A DNA stretch of 63,762 nucleotides, counting the filler, from Octopus bimaculoides (Eukaryota): assembly GCF_001194135.2 (NCBI RefSeq). It is 5 parts of 5 records of this genome, joined end to end, with 100 filler letters (N's around TTAATTAATTAA, not from the genome) between each part and the next. Parts side by side here need not be neighbours in the genome. Positions count along the whole stretch, not along the records: positions 1 to 15,112 come from NC_068988.1; 4 more parts are not named here. One strand, given 5' to 3'. Below the pieces are notes generated by a model. That model saw nothing but the letters and a program-made list of their open reading frames with translations. It was not told where the DNA came from and searched no databases. Position numbers and translations under genes: made by a program. Positions within the stretch are counted from its first letter, which is position 1. Every line of letters begins with the position of its first letter. Positions 1 through 13,048 of the stretch are shown here, one piece after another.

Positions 1-256
1 AGATTAATGGGGGTGGGGGGTGACGTTTCCGAGGCTTCCACCTCACCCGACCCCGTTTTCCGGAACCAAAAATGGGTTTTGCAGCATATCATGAGGTCAC
101 CGGAATTCATTCAACGAAATATTAAAAATCTCCAATAATTCCGGGATGTGGGGGAGGCAGTCCAGTTCCCCCCGCCTCCTAAGGGATGTAAAGCATATTA
201 GGAGGTCAGGGTACGTGATTCCACGCAAAAAAAGCGAGGTTTTTTCTTTGTTTTTC

Positions 257-384
257 TTATCGACCCCGAAAGGATGAAAGGTAAAGTCGACCTCGGCGGA
301 ATTTGAGTTCAGAACGCAAAGACGGATGAAATGCTACTAAGCGTTTTTCTCGGCGTTCTAACGTTTTTGCCTGCTCGCCGCCTT
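257..384 (-). mobile_element. tRNA-derived SINE, family 2 (head AGGCGGCGAGC..., B-box GAGTTCAAATTCC type), 5' part
   Basis: Reverse complement begins aaggcggcgagcaggc and contains a B-box-like tract; homologous copies at 4671, 12882 and 28490. Confidence 0.8.
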
Positions 385-1130
385 AACACTAAATTACATA
401 TTGAAAATCATTAAAATAACATCAAGTGCAACATAACAATATATCAGGAAAAGTATTGGAGAAACACGTGCAAATATATAGACACGAAAATGCAGATATT
501 TGCAGTTTGATAGAAAATATAGTTTTATGGACAAAATGTGCTAGAAAGAGCCTGCACAAAGATTTGTTGCACATTATATTTTTGCTGGTTCAGTGTTGAA
601 AAAAATACTGTGTCCAGGCTCATTGGTGGAATTTTGAGATCAACATAATCAAAACGGACAAAAAGTGCAAGTTCCATAACAGTCAAACACATACAAGCAA
701 TTTCCAAGGGATGATCTTATGGAGACAGGTAAACTGGAAGCAGAGGTTGGTGCAAATCCTGAGAGATGGTCAGAATAAGAGGTCTGAAGAGAACTAATGA
801 AAAGTCCAACAAAGAATCTAGTTTCAACTAGGCTAACAGACATAAATATGAAGCGTTTATGTCAAAAGATATCGCTATAAAATAAGCAGTCGTAGAATCT
901 CTGATACTAAAGGATGTTTCAAACTTTATATGCATTTTGTTCCATCTACTTTTCTGAGTGCCATGTACGTATATATATGTATATTACTTGATACAATCGT
1001 ATACATATGCATATATGTATACGATTGTATTAATTCTATAGATATCTTTTAGTATGGTGTCATGCTAGCACAGCTGATGTTAAGTTAAAAGGAATGGGTT
1101 AGATTCCGAAAGACTCCTGAATGTGTCTTA

Positions 1131-1286
1131 GGCGCAGGGTGGCTGTGTGGTAAGAAGCTTGCTTCTCAACGACATGGGTCCATTGCGTGGCACATTGGGA
1201 AAGTGCTTTCTAATATATCCTGGTGCCGACCGAAGCCTTGTGAGTGGATTTGCTAGACAGAAATTGAAAGAGACCCAGAAGCCCGT
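1131..1286 (+). mobile_element. tRNA-derived SINE, family 1 head
   Basis: ggcgcagggtggctgtgtggtaag A-box head; homologous to 14571-14720, 18154-18312, 30240-30388 and 62729; followed by (TACA)n. Confidence 0.85.
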
Positions 1287-1317
1287 GATACATACATACA
1301 TACATTACATACATACA

Positions 1318-1348
<31 letters not shown>

Positions 1349-1792
1349 CATACATACATACATACACGCATATATGCAAAGAAAAAGGAGGATATCCATG
1401 GACAACTGCTTCGAAACCTTCAGCTTTTATATCCAGACTATGAATTCATATTCATACCAATAATAATTGGAGCACTAGGTTTTGTTAGTAAATCCTAAAA
1501 GGAGAATCTGGATAAACTGGGATTTTCAGAAAGAGAAATTGACCGACTGATTTTTAAATTATAAGTGCATTCTGTGAGTGGAACATTAAAAATACGCAAG
1601 ACTTTTCTCAAGTTCCAAATGGGAATTTGACTGCATTAACTACATCCCAAAGATGGAGCATTGTATCTTTGTTGAAAACCGGTTCCCTCTTCTGTGGAAG
1701 ATTTATAATAATTAAAAAATAGAAGCGACGTACATACATACATACATACTTACTTACATACATACATACATGTGTATGCCTGCGTATCTGTC

Positions 1793-1938
1793 ACAACCGG
1801 TGTTGGTGTGCTTGCGTCCCCGTAAAATAGCAGCTAGGCAAAAGTGAATGATGGAATAAATAGAAATCTTTCGACTACAGAAAATTGTCAATTCACCACC
1901 ATAGCCGCAGTCTGATGGTTAAAACAAGTAGAAGATAG
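1793..1938 (+). mobile_element. SINE family 1 tail segment
   Basis: caaccggtgttggtgtg...gccgcagtc...aaacaagtagaaga matches the tails at 14340-14530, 19023-19230 and 62827-62925. Confidence 0.7.
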
Positions 1939-2003
1939 TAAAAAACAGAAAACACACGCACACACAAACACACATACAGAGTGAGATTTAGATAGACAGA
2001 TAG

Positions 2004-2039
<36 letters not shown>

Positions 2040-2939
2040 AGAGAGAAAGAGAGAGAGAGAGATACATATGTATATACTTATGCATATGTGTACAGGTATT
2101 CGTATACATGTGTGTATGTTTGTGTATATATATATATAAGAGTTAAAGTATCTTAGTATCTTAAGAGCATGATTATTTTATTAACATAAGCATATAGAAT
2201 GGTTCTACCAGTTAAGAACGTGAACTGGATCGCCCCCAGCATGATTCCCTGAAAGCCTAGAAGGAACGAGTGCTGAGATTGCGAATGTTGCATAAAAGAA
2301 CTCTGACAAACCAACTGAATGATTCATTGATCAAACGATCATTCAGTTTTCGAGAATTTAGTTCGTTAATTAATTAAATGGTTGACTATGAATATTAGAA
2401 CTAATGCATTTTTTATTGATGTTCTTTAATTCTTTAATATTTTATACATTTTTATATCGTTTATTTTTAGTTTTATGTTATTTCTTTATGATATGATTCG
2501 CGCCTCACTCTGTAATCTGTAATTCAGTAAATTCTGCTTCAGCACACGATAACATATAAATCTTGTAGGACAAATTTTAAGAGCTATATGCTTGTACACA
2601 CACACACACACACACACAAATATATATATATATATATATATTTATTTATTTATATGCATTATGTATGGATGTATATGTGTGTGCGCGTTGTGTGTTTGTG
2701 TGTGAGTGTATGTGCGTGGTAAGATCCAAGGATGAAGGTGTAGGAAGTTAGTGAGCATCAAGCAGTCTGTAGAAGATATTTAAAAAAAAACTTTCAGGAA
2801 CAATAGTGGTTTATTGGCGCAGAAGGTTCTGAATTGTTGCTGTATCTAAGTACAGTAAACTGAAAAAATGTCATTTTATAGTTCACGGTTACAAAATGAG
2901 TCTGCTCTATATGCGAATAAAAATCCCAAATCAAAGAAT

Positions 2940-3264
2940 GGAGTATATAAAATCCAAGCTACATAATTGTTTAAATCACAGGAACTGGTAGTTGTCTGTG
3001 TGTTCTTACGTTGACAAAAAAAGAGACATGGGAAACAAAACAATTTGTTTAGAATGGGACATTCTGTCTTCCACTCATACTGTTCGTAAAACTTTGAATC
3101 AAAATAACAATGACATTCCTTGCTACCCACTTTAATTTTGATTTTCAATTCAAGCTTTGTTTTTCTCATCCAAGAAAAAACAATCTCCTTTTCTCTTCGA
3201 AGCTCCTTGTTGCAAAGGGTCGCGAAAGTAGAGAAGAAATTGAATTAAATGATTCTTTTGCCAT
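2940..3264 (-). pseudogene. hAT / ZMYM1-like transposase N-terminal relic (TTF-type zinc finger), frameshifted
   Basis: MAKESFNSISSLLSRPFATRSFEEK, then a 1-nt shift, then ...HCYFDSKFYEQYEWKTECPILNKLFCFPCLFF; fits the F...Y..Y.W......KLFCFPCLLF pattern of hAT ZnF_TTF domains. Confidence 0.65.
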
Positions 3265-3793
3265 TTTGTGGGTAAATGAAAACTTGAAAAATGCTACTGT
3301 CTTAATTTTGTTTTTGATGAATCAACAAAAATCTAGCAATGAGTCTAACAAAATTATGTTCTAGTTTACTTTATGTGAATTTCTTTAAAATAATTTTAAA
3401 TATTTAGAATTAAGATTTAAAGCATTGAAATTAATAAATGGATAAAAACGTTACCTTTTAACCACACAAAATCAAATTCGCTGCTAGATCTTTTGCAGTA
3501 CAAATGAATTCTGGGTAGTGGTCACATAATCAAATTTCACGATGTAGTGTTGTGTCTTTTGACCCCTGAATAAACAGAAAAAGAATCGTCTTACTCGCTA
3601 TGTTTTGACCTACTTTTTTTTTCTCTTCACTCCCTAGAAAACAGCAGGCAAGTTGTCTATCTTTTGAATTCCCCAAAGGCTGGGAAGTATATTTGCTTTC
3701 TTTAGCGGTCCTGTAATGCAATTTCTTTCATTAACGGCTAACGTTCTCTTCTAGAGTCAGAAGCAAATGCTTTTATGCATGCTGTGTTTATTT

Positions 3794-3876
3794 ATGCGAC
3801 CACTACCCAGTGGGAAATGAAACAATAATTGTGTCATTCATGCGACCACTACCCAGTGGGAAATGAAACAATAATT
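3794..3876 (+). repeat. 37-bp direct repeat (period 46) with an inverted partial copy at 3511-3527
   Basis: atgcgaccactacccagtgggaaatgaaacaataatt at 3794 and 3840; ctgggtagtggtcacat at 3511. Confidence 0.85.
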
Positions 3877-4544
3877 CACGAGAAAATTAAGGAAAGTTAA
3901 AATTATCAATAATTAATTCTATAATCAATAATTAATTTATTTATCCTAGAAAAGAAGGCATGCAATGTATGCGTTTGCATACATATATTCCTATCTGATG
4001 TTATTGCTTAATAGAAACACGCTTGATATCTTTACATTCGTATCTGCTTAGAGGTGTGACACCATGGACATAATGAAAGAATACTAGAATTCAGTGAAAA
4101 TTTAAAATTATATTGGTATTTCCATAATATTTACTGATTGTACTTTGTTTCTAAAAGTGTAAAAGGTTTCAGAATTTCAAGGTTAACAAGTGATTAAAAC
4201 TTTATCTTAGTCTTGCGAAGTCATTTTCAAAAATTGATGTAATATATTGTCATATGTCAAGGTAATTAAGCCATTTAGGGCATCTTTGTATATTTGGTTG
4301 ATTTATTTCATATAGCAGCTGCATCCATCTCTCTGCGTCGATGAATGCAATGTAGTATAATGAGATGAAATATTAGACAATGTACTCTCTGGTATAATAT
4401 GCTCGTGGCTGGAAAACTTAAGATTGTAGGTTTGCTTAACCAGTGTCGAACTGGAATTAACAATATTTTCAAATTTTGGCAAACGGCCACCAGTTTTTCA
4501 TGGGAGTGAGAAGTTAATTATGTCAATCCTAATATTTGACTGGT

Positions 4545-4879
4545 TACTTATCGTATTGATCCCTAAATGGTGAAAGGCAAAATCGGCCTCGGCCGAATTT
4601 GAGCCCAGAACGTAAAAGCGGACAAAATGTCGCTAAGCAATTTGTCGGGCATTTTAAGTTAAATAGTCTTTACTACTAAAGGTACAAGACTTGAAATTTA
4701 GTGGGAGGGAACAAATCGGTTATATCGATCCTACTGTTTCACTGGTACTTAGTTTATCGACACCTAAGAATTAAATGTAATGTCTACCTCGGGAATTTGA
4801 ACTCAAAACGTAGCGACGGGAAAATTACCGCTAACCATTTCCATCCAGCGTGCTAACGATTTTGCCAGCTCGCCACCTT
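4545..4879 (-). mobile_element. Two adjacent SINE family 2 copies (about 4545-4652 partial; 4671-4879 near full length)
   Basis: Reverse complement of 4879 downward reads aggtggcgagctggcaaaatcgttagcacg...gagttcaaattccc. Confidence 0.8.
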
Positions 4880-4880
4880 T

Positions 4881-4890
4881 TGAAGAAGAA

Positions 4891-4925
<35 letters not shown>

Positions 4926-5009
4926 AGAAGAAGAAGAAGAAGAAGAAGAAGAAGAAGAAGAAGAAGAAGAAGAAGAAGAAGAAGAAGAAGAAGAAGAAGA
5001 AGAAGAAGG
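4881..5009 (+). repeat. (GAA)n microsatellite
   Basis: Direct reading; source of the poly-Ser ORF. Confidence 0.98.
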
Positions 5010-5638
5010 ATTGATGTTATACCAAATCGGCCGCTTTAGCACCCGACAACAAACCAAGAAAACAAGAATGTATATTTGCCAGAATGATTCTAGAATAAGA
5101 GTAATTTTCATTATCGTATTAAGAGGTTTGTACTACGTAAAGTTACTAGAATTTTCCTCAAAATATGTACGTGTTTTAAATGTTTAAAGTTTCTAGACTA
5201 ACTGAAATTTTTATAGTCCAATATCGAACGTTCAAAGTTCCTAGAATGACAGTAATTATTTTCATGGTTTTATTAAAGATTATCAAACGTTTGCAATTTC
5301 TAGACAGTTTTTTTGTCCTGGCTATAATTTTACGTTTTCCTAATATTTAAAGTTTCTAGAATCACATTAATTATCATAGCAGTATTTGCATGTTTCAAAT
5401 GTTAGTTTTTCAGAACGGGACACATTTTAATGCTCATGCTTTCTTCATACGGATAGTGTTATACATCTTAGAATGTTTAAGTTTTTGTCCTTGCGCGACC
5501 CTGATTCTTCAGGGCAAATTAATATAAAACAGATTCCTGGTATGAATATCCTGATTAATCTAAAGATGTAGATGAATTAAGACTACATGATCGAATATGC
5601 CTTTCCGTCTTTCAAGCAGAACGGTGCGATTTGTAGGA

Positions 5639-6759
5639 TGTTTGTGTTCTATTTCTAGGAATATAAGCCACCACTGTTGCTTCGTAATTACATCATCTGC
5701 TGTTGCTTTTTGGCCTCGGGTCGTCTCAGATGATTCTGACCTCTGAAGAAAGGCATAAAATCAGATCTTGTTTTCACATATAGTATGTCAAGGGCTGCAT
5801 TATCAATATGTACCTTCTGCTTCTATACAATAGGATGTGAATTATGAGACGGTTCTTATTTGTAGCATACTGTGGGACGGCTTCGTGTCTCTCCATTTTG
5901 GTATTTTTATAATGTCTGACGACAAGAGACAATCTGTGACCAACGTTCAGCTTTGAGAGGTCAATCAATAACGTCAATCAATAATTTCAGATCCCTACCA
6001 TGCTTTTGTACACCGTCTTCTGCCCTTGCTTTACACTGTACGTGTAATACTTTGTGGCTTTCATATGTCAGTCACATCAATATTGTCTTTACCTTCAAAG
6101 CCGACTTAATATATTTTGTAATATGTTTTTCTCACTCTCGTCAGATTTGTGCGTTTGTTCTCGTTTGTTTAACAACAATTCTTTCTTGCTTTCTTTGTTA
6201 ATTTCCCACATCCTTTCATGTGGCTGTGTATCATGTTTTTTCAAACAATTATAGTTCTTATCTATACAAAATGAATTCTTAAGATATAAAACCATTTTAA
6301 AGATTTATCGTGGCGTATTTCATAAGAAGCTTTAGGAAAATTCTTCTTGCAAATAGCTCTAATCTGGCTGAAACTAAACTACCCTCTACAATGCAATTTT
6401 GGTTTAATTTATCCATAAACTCTCGTTTATCCGAAATATTTTAATAAAAATTCACTGGTCACAGATTGTCTCTTGTCGTCAGACATTATAAAAATACCAA
6501 AATGGAGAGACACGAAGCCGTCCCACAGTATGCTACAAATAAGAACCGTCTCATAATTCACATCCTATTGTATAGAAGCAGAAGGTACATATTGATAATG
6601 CAGCCCTTGACATACTATATGTGAAAACAAGATCTGATTTTATGCCTTTCTTCAGAGGTCAGAATCATCTGAGACGACCCGAGGCCAAAAAGCAACAGCA
6701 GATGATGTAATTACGAAGCAACAGTGGTGGCTTATATTCCTAGAAATAGAACACAAACA
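5639..6759. repeat. 304-bp near-perfect inverted repeat (arms 5639-5942 and 6456-6759, spacer 513 bp)
   Basis: tgtttgtgttctatttctagg...atctgtgacca is the reverse complement of tggtcacagattg...ctagaaatagaacacaaaca. Confidence 0.92.
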
Positions 6760-7065
6760 GGACACAGTCGTGTGTCGATAAGCCAGCTGGAGGAGATGTC
6801 CTCCTGGGGCTAAAAGCAACAGTAACATCNNNNNNNNNNNNNNNNNNNNNNNNNNNNNNNNNNNNNNNNNNNNNNNNNNNNNNNNNNNNNNNNNNNNNNN
6901 NNNNNNNNNNNNNNNNNNNNNNNNNNNNNNNNNNNNNNNNNNNNNNNNNNNNNNNNNNNNNNNNNNNNNNNNNNNNNNNNNNNNNNNNNNNNNNNNNNNN
7001 NNNNNNNNNNNNNNNNNNNNNNNNNNNNNNNNNNNNNNNNNNNNNNNNNNNNNNNNNNNNNNNNN

Positions 7066-7100
<35 letters not shown>

Positions 7101-7189
7101 ATTTGGAGATGGTCATGTTACCAGTTTAGCCAATAAAGACATACGCACTATATATTTGGTGTTAATTTGCTTCGGCTTTATTTTATTTT

Positions 7190-7250
7190 TTACATTAATC
7201 GTATTTCGGCCAGAGTTCTTTCGTCACACTTCTCTGATCTCATCAGTGGT
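7190..7250 (-). ncRNA. Degenerate hammerhead-like core (probably inactive)
   Basis: Reverse complement CTGATGA-gatcagag...ctctggcc-GAAA-tacg; stem I partner and U16.1 are missing. Confidence 0.3.
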
Positions 7251-8436
7251 CCTTTGCGTTCTTCTTTCTTATTTGTCTGTCTTTCCTTACTAACGCTCAG
7301 CCATTTTGTCCCCTTTTTTCCCCAATGTAGTTCTCTTTGCATTGTTGGAATGTTATGTATGAAGCAAAACGGAAAGATATCGAATGTTCAATTCATATTG
7401 TGTTTAGTGATGTAACCGGAAGGGCAGACACAGAAGTGAGGGATAGAATGGGAAGGAAATCAGTATCTAGTGATCTTTGGTTACTGTAAAAAAATACAGA
7501 ATTCCTTAATGCATTATGATGTAAAAGAAAGTAAAGAGTGAGCATATGCAGAGTAGTAATATCAATTTTAGGGAGAGGCTACATGAGCTAGTAGGGCAAT
7601 ACTTATTGAAACAGTACAGACTGTTATCGTAAATATATGCTCTGCTCGATAATGTATAGAATGTGTGAGTATGTAATATGTGTGCCTGTGTGATAATGTG
7701 TGATTGTTTCTGTGTGCATGTATGGCTTGTACGTGTTCCCTCTCTGTATGTGTGTGTATGAAAAATCCTAAATTATTGGCAAAATAGAATTGTGTAGAAA
7801 GAAATTAATATGTACGTGTCAATACAGAAACGCAATGTTGGTGATAATTTGAATGAAGACTGAATAAAGAGTCCGTTAAATGAAGGATATACCTGTACTG
7901 GTTGAAATGGAACAGGGTTAAATCACGGAAGTTACACAAAAGGTTTAAATAACGGAAGTTATATACAATGTTTGAGGAACGGAAATTTCACACAATACCA
8001 CAAAGACACGTGAAGAGTAAAATTTCGCATCAATTGGAAAACAAAGGGAAATGTATTCTGATGGAATTCGTGACAAAATATGGATTTGTGATTTCCTTCT
8101 TTTGAATACTTAAACAGAAGTTTCTACCCATCACTCTGTTTCCCTTTCTCTCTCTATTTCTCTACTTGTCCCTCTGTTTACTTTTATCTCGCGTTCTCAC
8201 TGACGACGCTCTTTCAATTTCTGCTCTACTCTCCATCATCAGTGTTCTCATACTATATATTAAACCTTTACTGTGAGATTATTCCTAATGTGACTTGTAT
8301 ATTATGGCTGACATAGTTCACGTAAACCTAAAAAAGGCAGCACGGTTTGTAGTCGCACTTACAATAATATTAACTCATCTGCTACAGTAAGCCTTATTAG
8401 AATATGCGTGCACTCCACAATAGTTCTTTACTTCTT

Positions 8437-8780
8437 AGCGTAAAGCTCCCCTTTGGTCATGAATGACTATAGGATTGCACCTAGAAAGTTCACCTCCGAG
8501 GCAAAAGTCCGAGCACGTTTGTTTATGGAAGACCAGGTGTCGCCCATGCATACCAGCCTCTCCTCTCCACGCCACCGATAGTGTCCTAAGGAAAGGCAAA
8601 GGACGATACAACTTAGCATTAGCAGTGACGCCGCAATGCATTTCTATAGGTGAGTGAACTGGTACAACGTGAAATAAAGTGTCTTGCTCAAGAACACAAC
8701 ACACAATTAGGTCCGGGAATAGAACTCACTACCTCATGATTATGAGCCCGACGCTCTAATCACTGAGTCATGCATCTTCA
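8437..8780 (-). mobile_element. tRNA-derived SINE, family 4
   Basis: Reverse complement begins tgaagatgcatgactcagtgattagagcgtcggg...gagttctattcccgg (A/B boxes), followed by a conserved body. Confidence 0.75.
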
Positions 8781-8837
8781 GCATATTACTTCTTATGCCA
8801 CGCTAACACATTATTACGGGTTACCACCAATTATTGT

Positions 8838-9220
8838 GGAGGCACAATGGCCCAGTGGTTAGGGCAGCGGACTCGCGGTCATAGGATCGCGGTTTCGACT
8901 CCCAGACCGGGCGTTGTGAGTGTTTATTGAGCGAAAACACCTAAAGCTCCACGAGGTTCCGGCAGGGGGTGGTGGCGAACCCTGTTGTACTCTTTCACCA
9001 CAACTTTCTCTTACTTCATGTTTCTGTTGTGCCTGTAATTCAAAGGGTCAGCCTTGTCACACTGTGTCACGCTGAATATCCCCGAGAACTACGTTAAGGG
9101 TACACGTGTCTGTGGAGTGCTCAGCCACTTGCACGTTAATTTCACGAGCAGGCTGTTCCGTTGATCGGATCAACTGGAACCCTCGACGTCGTAAGCGACG
9201 GAGTGCCAACAACAACAACA
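8838..9220 (+). mobile_element. Full-length tRNA-derived SINE, family 3, with (CAA)n tail and TSD
   Basis: ggaggcacaatggcccagtggttagggcagc head, B-box ggtttcgactccc; flanking 13-bp near-duplication accaccaattatt (8823-8835) / acctccaattatt (9231-9243). Confidence 0.9.
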
Positions 9221-9703
9221 AACAAAAACAACCTCCAATTATTAACAAACAGGCATTTTAACTTATTAGTCACAATTTTATATATCATTCTCGCTTTATT
9301 TCAAATCAGTTTATCTCCAGAATGGGTCACAGTGTGATGGTGATTTTCGCAGTATTCAATGAATAAAGGGAATGATAGATTACATTTTTAAACCTGAGAT
9401 GTGAATCTAATTCCCAGGAAGCTTAACACAACCTACACAACTATGATGTATTAAGACACTTTTAAATCATACGATGTCCTTATTGCCGAAAGACTGTTAA
9501 ATGCAACACCTTATAAAGTCCCGATGTACAGATGTGGGTTGTGTCATTGAATTAAACAAGGTAGCGCCAAAGTCACGTAGAAAGATGAAATTTTTTAACT
9601 ACTTTTTTTCTGTTTTGCATTTTTCTTTAAATATTTTTTTACACCACTAACCGTACACTTTTCCTTACTGTTTTAAAGATTTACAATATCATAGTCATAT
9701 ATA

Positions 9704-9739
<36 letters not shown>

Positions 9740-11529
9740 NNNNNNNNNNNNNNNNNNNNNNNNNNNNNNNNNNNNNNNNNNNNNNNNNNNNNNNNNNNNN
9801 NNNNNNNNNNNNNNNNNNNNNNNNNNNNNNNNNNNNNNNNNNNNNNNNNNNNNNNNNNNNNNNNNNNNNNNNNNNNNNNNNNNNNNNNNNNNNNNNNNNN
9901 NNNNNNNNNNNNNNNNNNNNNNNNNNNNNNNNNNNNNNNNNNNNNNNNNNNNNNNNNNNNNNNNNNNNNNNNNNNNNNNNNNNNNNNNNNNNNNNNNNNN
10001 NNNNNNNNNNNNNNNNNNNNNNNNNNNNNNNNNNNNNNNNNNNNNNNNNNNNNNNNNNNNNNNNNNNNNNNNNNNNNNNNNNNNNNNNNNNNNNNNNNNN
10101 NNNNNNNNNNNNNNNNNNNNNNNNNNNNNNNNNNNNNNNNNNNNNNNNNNNNNNNNNNNNNNNNNNNNNNNNNNNNNNNNNNNNNNNNNNNNNNNNNNNN
10201 NNNNNNNNNNNNNNNNNNNNNNNNNNNNNNNNNNNNNNNATATATATATATATACTGTATACGACGTTGATATTGTAAATCTAAAGCAAAAAATAAAGGA
10301 GTTATTAAATATTGAAACCCCTTCTTGACTTTTGGCACTGTCTCTACGTATGTTTGTTAACTATATTTTTGAATAGAAACTTGTTTGTTTGTTTTTTTTT
10401 TCTTTGCTTTCCTTTCACATGGTACTTGTACCTTGGTACAAATATACAATATTTTACACTTGACAAAAAAAAAACACACAGGCAGACACCGCAGTAAACA
10501 AACAAGTTATGATAAGTGCCAACATATTTGCACTGGTATTTGGCACCGTTTCATATTATTGTAGACATCTCTCAAATGAGTGTATTTATCTTTTGAATAT
10601 CAACATTCAAACTTCACTCCAAACCTGAACGTTATTGCTTCTTTTGCAATTTTATTCGTTTGTAAGCATATAGACATGTGGTGTGTATCCTGTGTAAATA
10701 TATGTGTATGATGTTGGATCATATGTGTACACATTCATATACTCTCATACTGATACATGCATATATGTATACATAACATGCGACTCCTTTAACCCTTCAT
10801 GTATGCTGGAACCATGACTGTGACGTAACGTTATCAGCGAACACACAGGTAATAATATACATTATTATTGCAATATAACGACAAACAAATATATAAACTC
10901 GTCTATGTTTGTATGATAGAAATGGCTACACTGATACCTTGCAGTTGTTTCTAATGTTAGAAAGGTGAGAAGCAGTGACAATAAACTCTTCAATCATTCC
11001 CAGAACAGTGATGCTGGTGGCAGTGATGTTTATATTTTTAATATATACAGTCTTACGACTTCTAAAGATTCTAAAGATTTATAAACATAGTTTGAGGGAA
11101 TTAGAGGTAAGTGTCTAAGACAGGATATAGAATCTGATTTAGAGCAAGAGGAAAGGAAGGAAGAAAAAGAGGAGATGCAAGAGGAAGAGGAGGGACGTTT
11201 CGAAGAATATATGCTTGTAGCTATTTCTGTGCGGCAGGACACAGTGTTTTAGCATCAGAAGAGGAAGAGAGAAGTTACCGTATTAATGGCGTAGGGGTTC
11301 AAATATGTCAATGTCATGTTCTAGCAAGTCAAAAGCAGGTTATGAAAGTGTCAAGGTTGGTATCGCCTTTATTGGATGATATGGTTTGCTCCTAACAGAT
11401 TCTTAGAACATGTCCATTGGCAATCAATTGCAAAAATGAAACAAAGATACATATATGCATGTATAAATACATACATATGCATTCATACATGCATGCATGA
11501 AAACACATATAGGCACACACGCATGCATA

Positions 11530-11950
11530 CCAGGTTGAGTCAAAAGAGATTTCAGATTTTCACTGATGATTTTTGACAACTTGTATCTCCATGAAATGTC
11601 ACTAATTTGATACAACTTGTTGTCCAATCGTTGCTGAATTGATTACTTGTTATTTACATATATAACATATAAATATTAATTGTATATTCTTTATTTGAAA
11701 GCTCTGATAAGTGATGAAAAAATTACAATAAGGGCCATTTTACGCTTCCTGTAAGACAAAGGACTGCATGCACAGGCAGACACAAAAGAAATTAATGACG
11801 TGGAAGTACAATGATGTAACACAAAAATGGCTCAGACGTTTGAAGGAAGATGACACCACCCTCGAAGAAAAACCAAATTCAGAGAGACCTTCTGTTGTGA
11901 AAGATGAGGTCTTGCTTGAAATAGTTAAACAACAGCCAAGCACAAACACT
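11530..11950 (+). mobile_element. mariner relic: left TIR plus transposase N-terminus
   Basis: TA|ccaggttgagtcaaaag TIR-like start; ILRFL*DKG...TQKWLRRLKEDDTTLEEKPNSERPSVVKDEVLLEIVKQQP matches the mariner HTH region (QKWF.RF..GD..LED.PRSGRP). Confidence 0.75.
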
Positions 11951-12881
11951 GGAATATTAATATTAAGATAAATATCATGTTGTATACATTTTGCAGCTAG
12001 TGTATTTACTACAGCTCTGAGGTTTTCTATGTTACTGTCAATGAGATAGTAAGATCGTTTTTTTTTGTTTAACTGTTATTGCTGGACAATTACGCAAGAC
12101 TTTATCATATGCATATGACAATATTGTAAACATGGAGCTTTATCGGTTAAATCTAGAAGCTGGATACATATATTTCTAAAACCGACAAAAAAAAAAAAGA
12201 AAACAGTTGTTATACTTTTAGGCAATAGTCACTTCGCCCAGTTGTCTGAAGCAGGTTTAAAGTAGGATCATAATTGATATTTATTTTCACATTATATAGA
12301 ATATATATAGAGTAGAGCTACTTTCACAAGCACAGATATCCTAGAACACACACAAAATAATGCTATTTTCTCATTGGCAATGATTCAAGAAGCAGCACAC
12401 TACGACCATTAGCTCAGAGACACGCTGTTTCTCTCTGCTGATTATATTGCTATTACAACAGCCTGCGTTTCTTAGAAGTGGTTGCCTGCATGCGTTCACC
12501 TCCTAGGTCAAACCGATCTATTTGTTTCTTCTATTTCTGTCAATTTACATCACCATTTTCCCACTGTCTAATTGAACTTTGTATGTCTATTATTGCTATT
12601 TTCTATTCTTCAGAATATGAATATTAATATGATATTTTAGATTTCATTACTACATATACTGCACAGGGTGTTATGTAATCGTAGTTCTACAGTAACTTTC
12701 AAATTTGCTCAACATTTCAGTTATTCTGATATAACGGGTGGAATGAGAAAAAAAATGCATTTGCAACTGAAGCTGTGAGAAATGAACTGATTAGATGTCT
12801 CTTATTTACATAATGATTTGCCACTGTTTTTGATAATAAGCAATAGCCTCAAAATAATAAAATAATTGTCATTAATAGTCT

Positions 12882-13048
12882 TTCCTACTCTAGGTACGAG
12901 GGCCAAAATTTTTGGAATCGACCCTAGTACGCAACTGGTACTTGATTTATCGACCCCGGCGGAATTTGAACTCAGAACGTAAAGACAGACGAAATGCCGC
13001 TAAGCATTTCGCCCGGCATGCTAGCATTTCTACCAGTTCGCGGCCTTA
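12882..13048 (-). mobile_element. SINE family 2 copy with internal deletion
   Basis: ggaatttgaactcagaacgtaaagacagacgaaatgccgctaagcatttcgccc is homologous to 257-384. Confidence 0.8.

Noticed and set aside
525-845. Two short minus-strand ORFs / possible transposase relic
   Set aside because: No diagnostic motif recognised in any frame.
8838-8915. tRNA-like cloverleaf heads
   Set aside because: They continue into SINE bodies; not tRNA genes.
11051-11106. Exon-like unit LRLLKILKIYKHSLRELE with AG|GTAAGT, and the acidic stretch after it
   Set aside because: Isolated, weak acceptor, no partner exons; the resemblance to a channel S4 segment may be chance.
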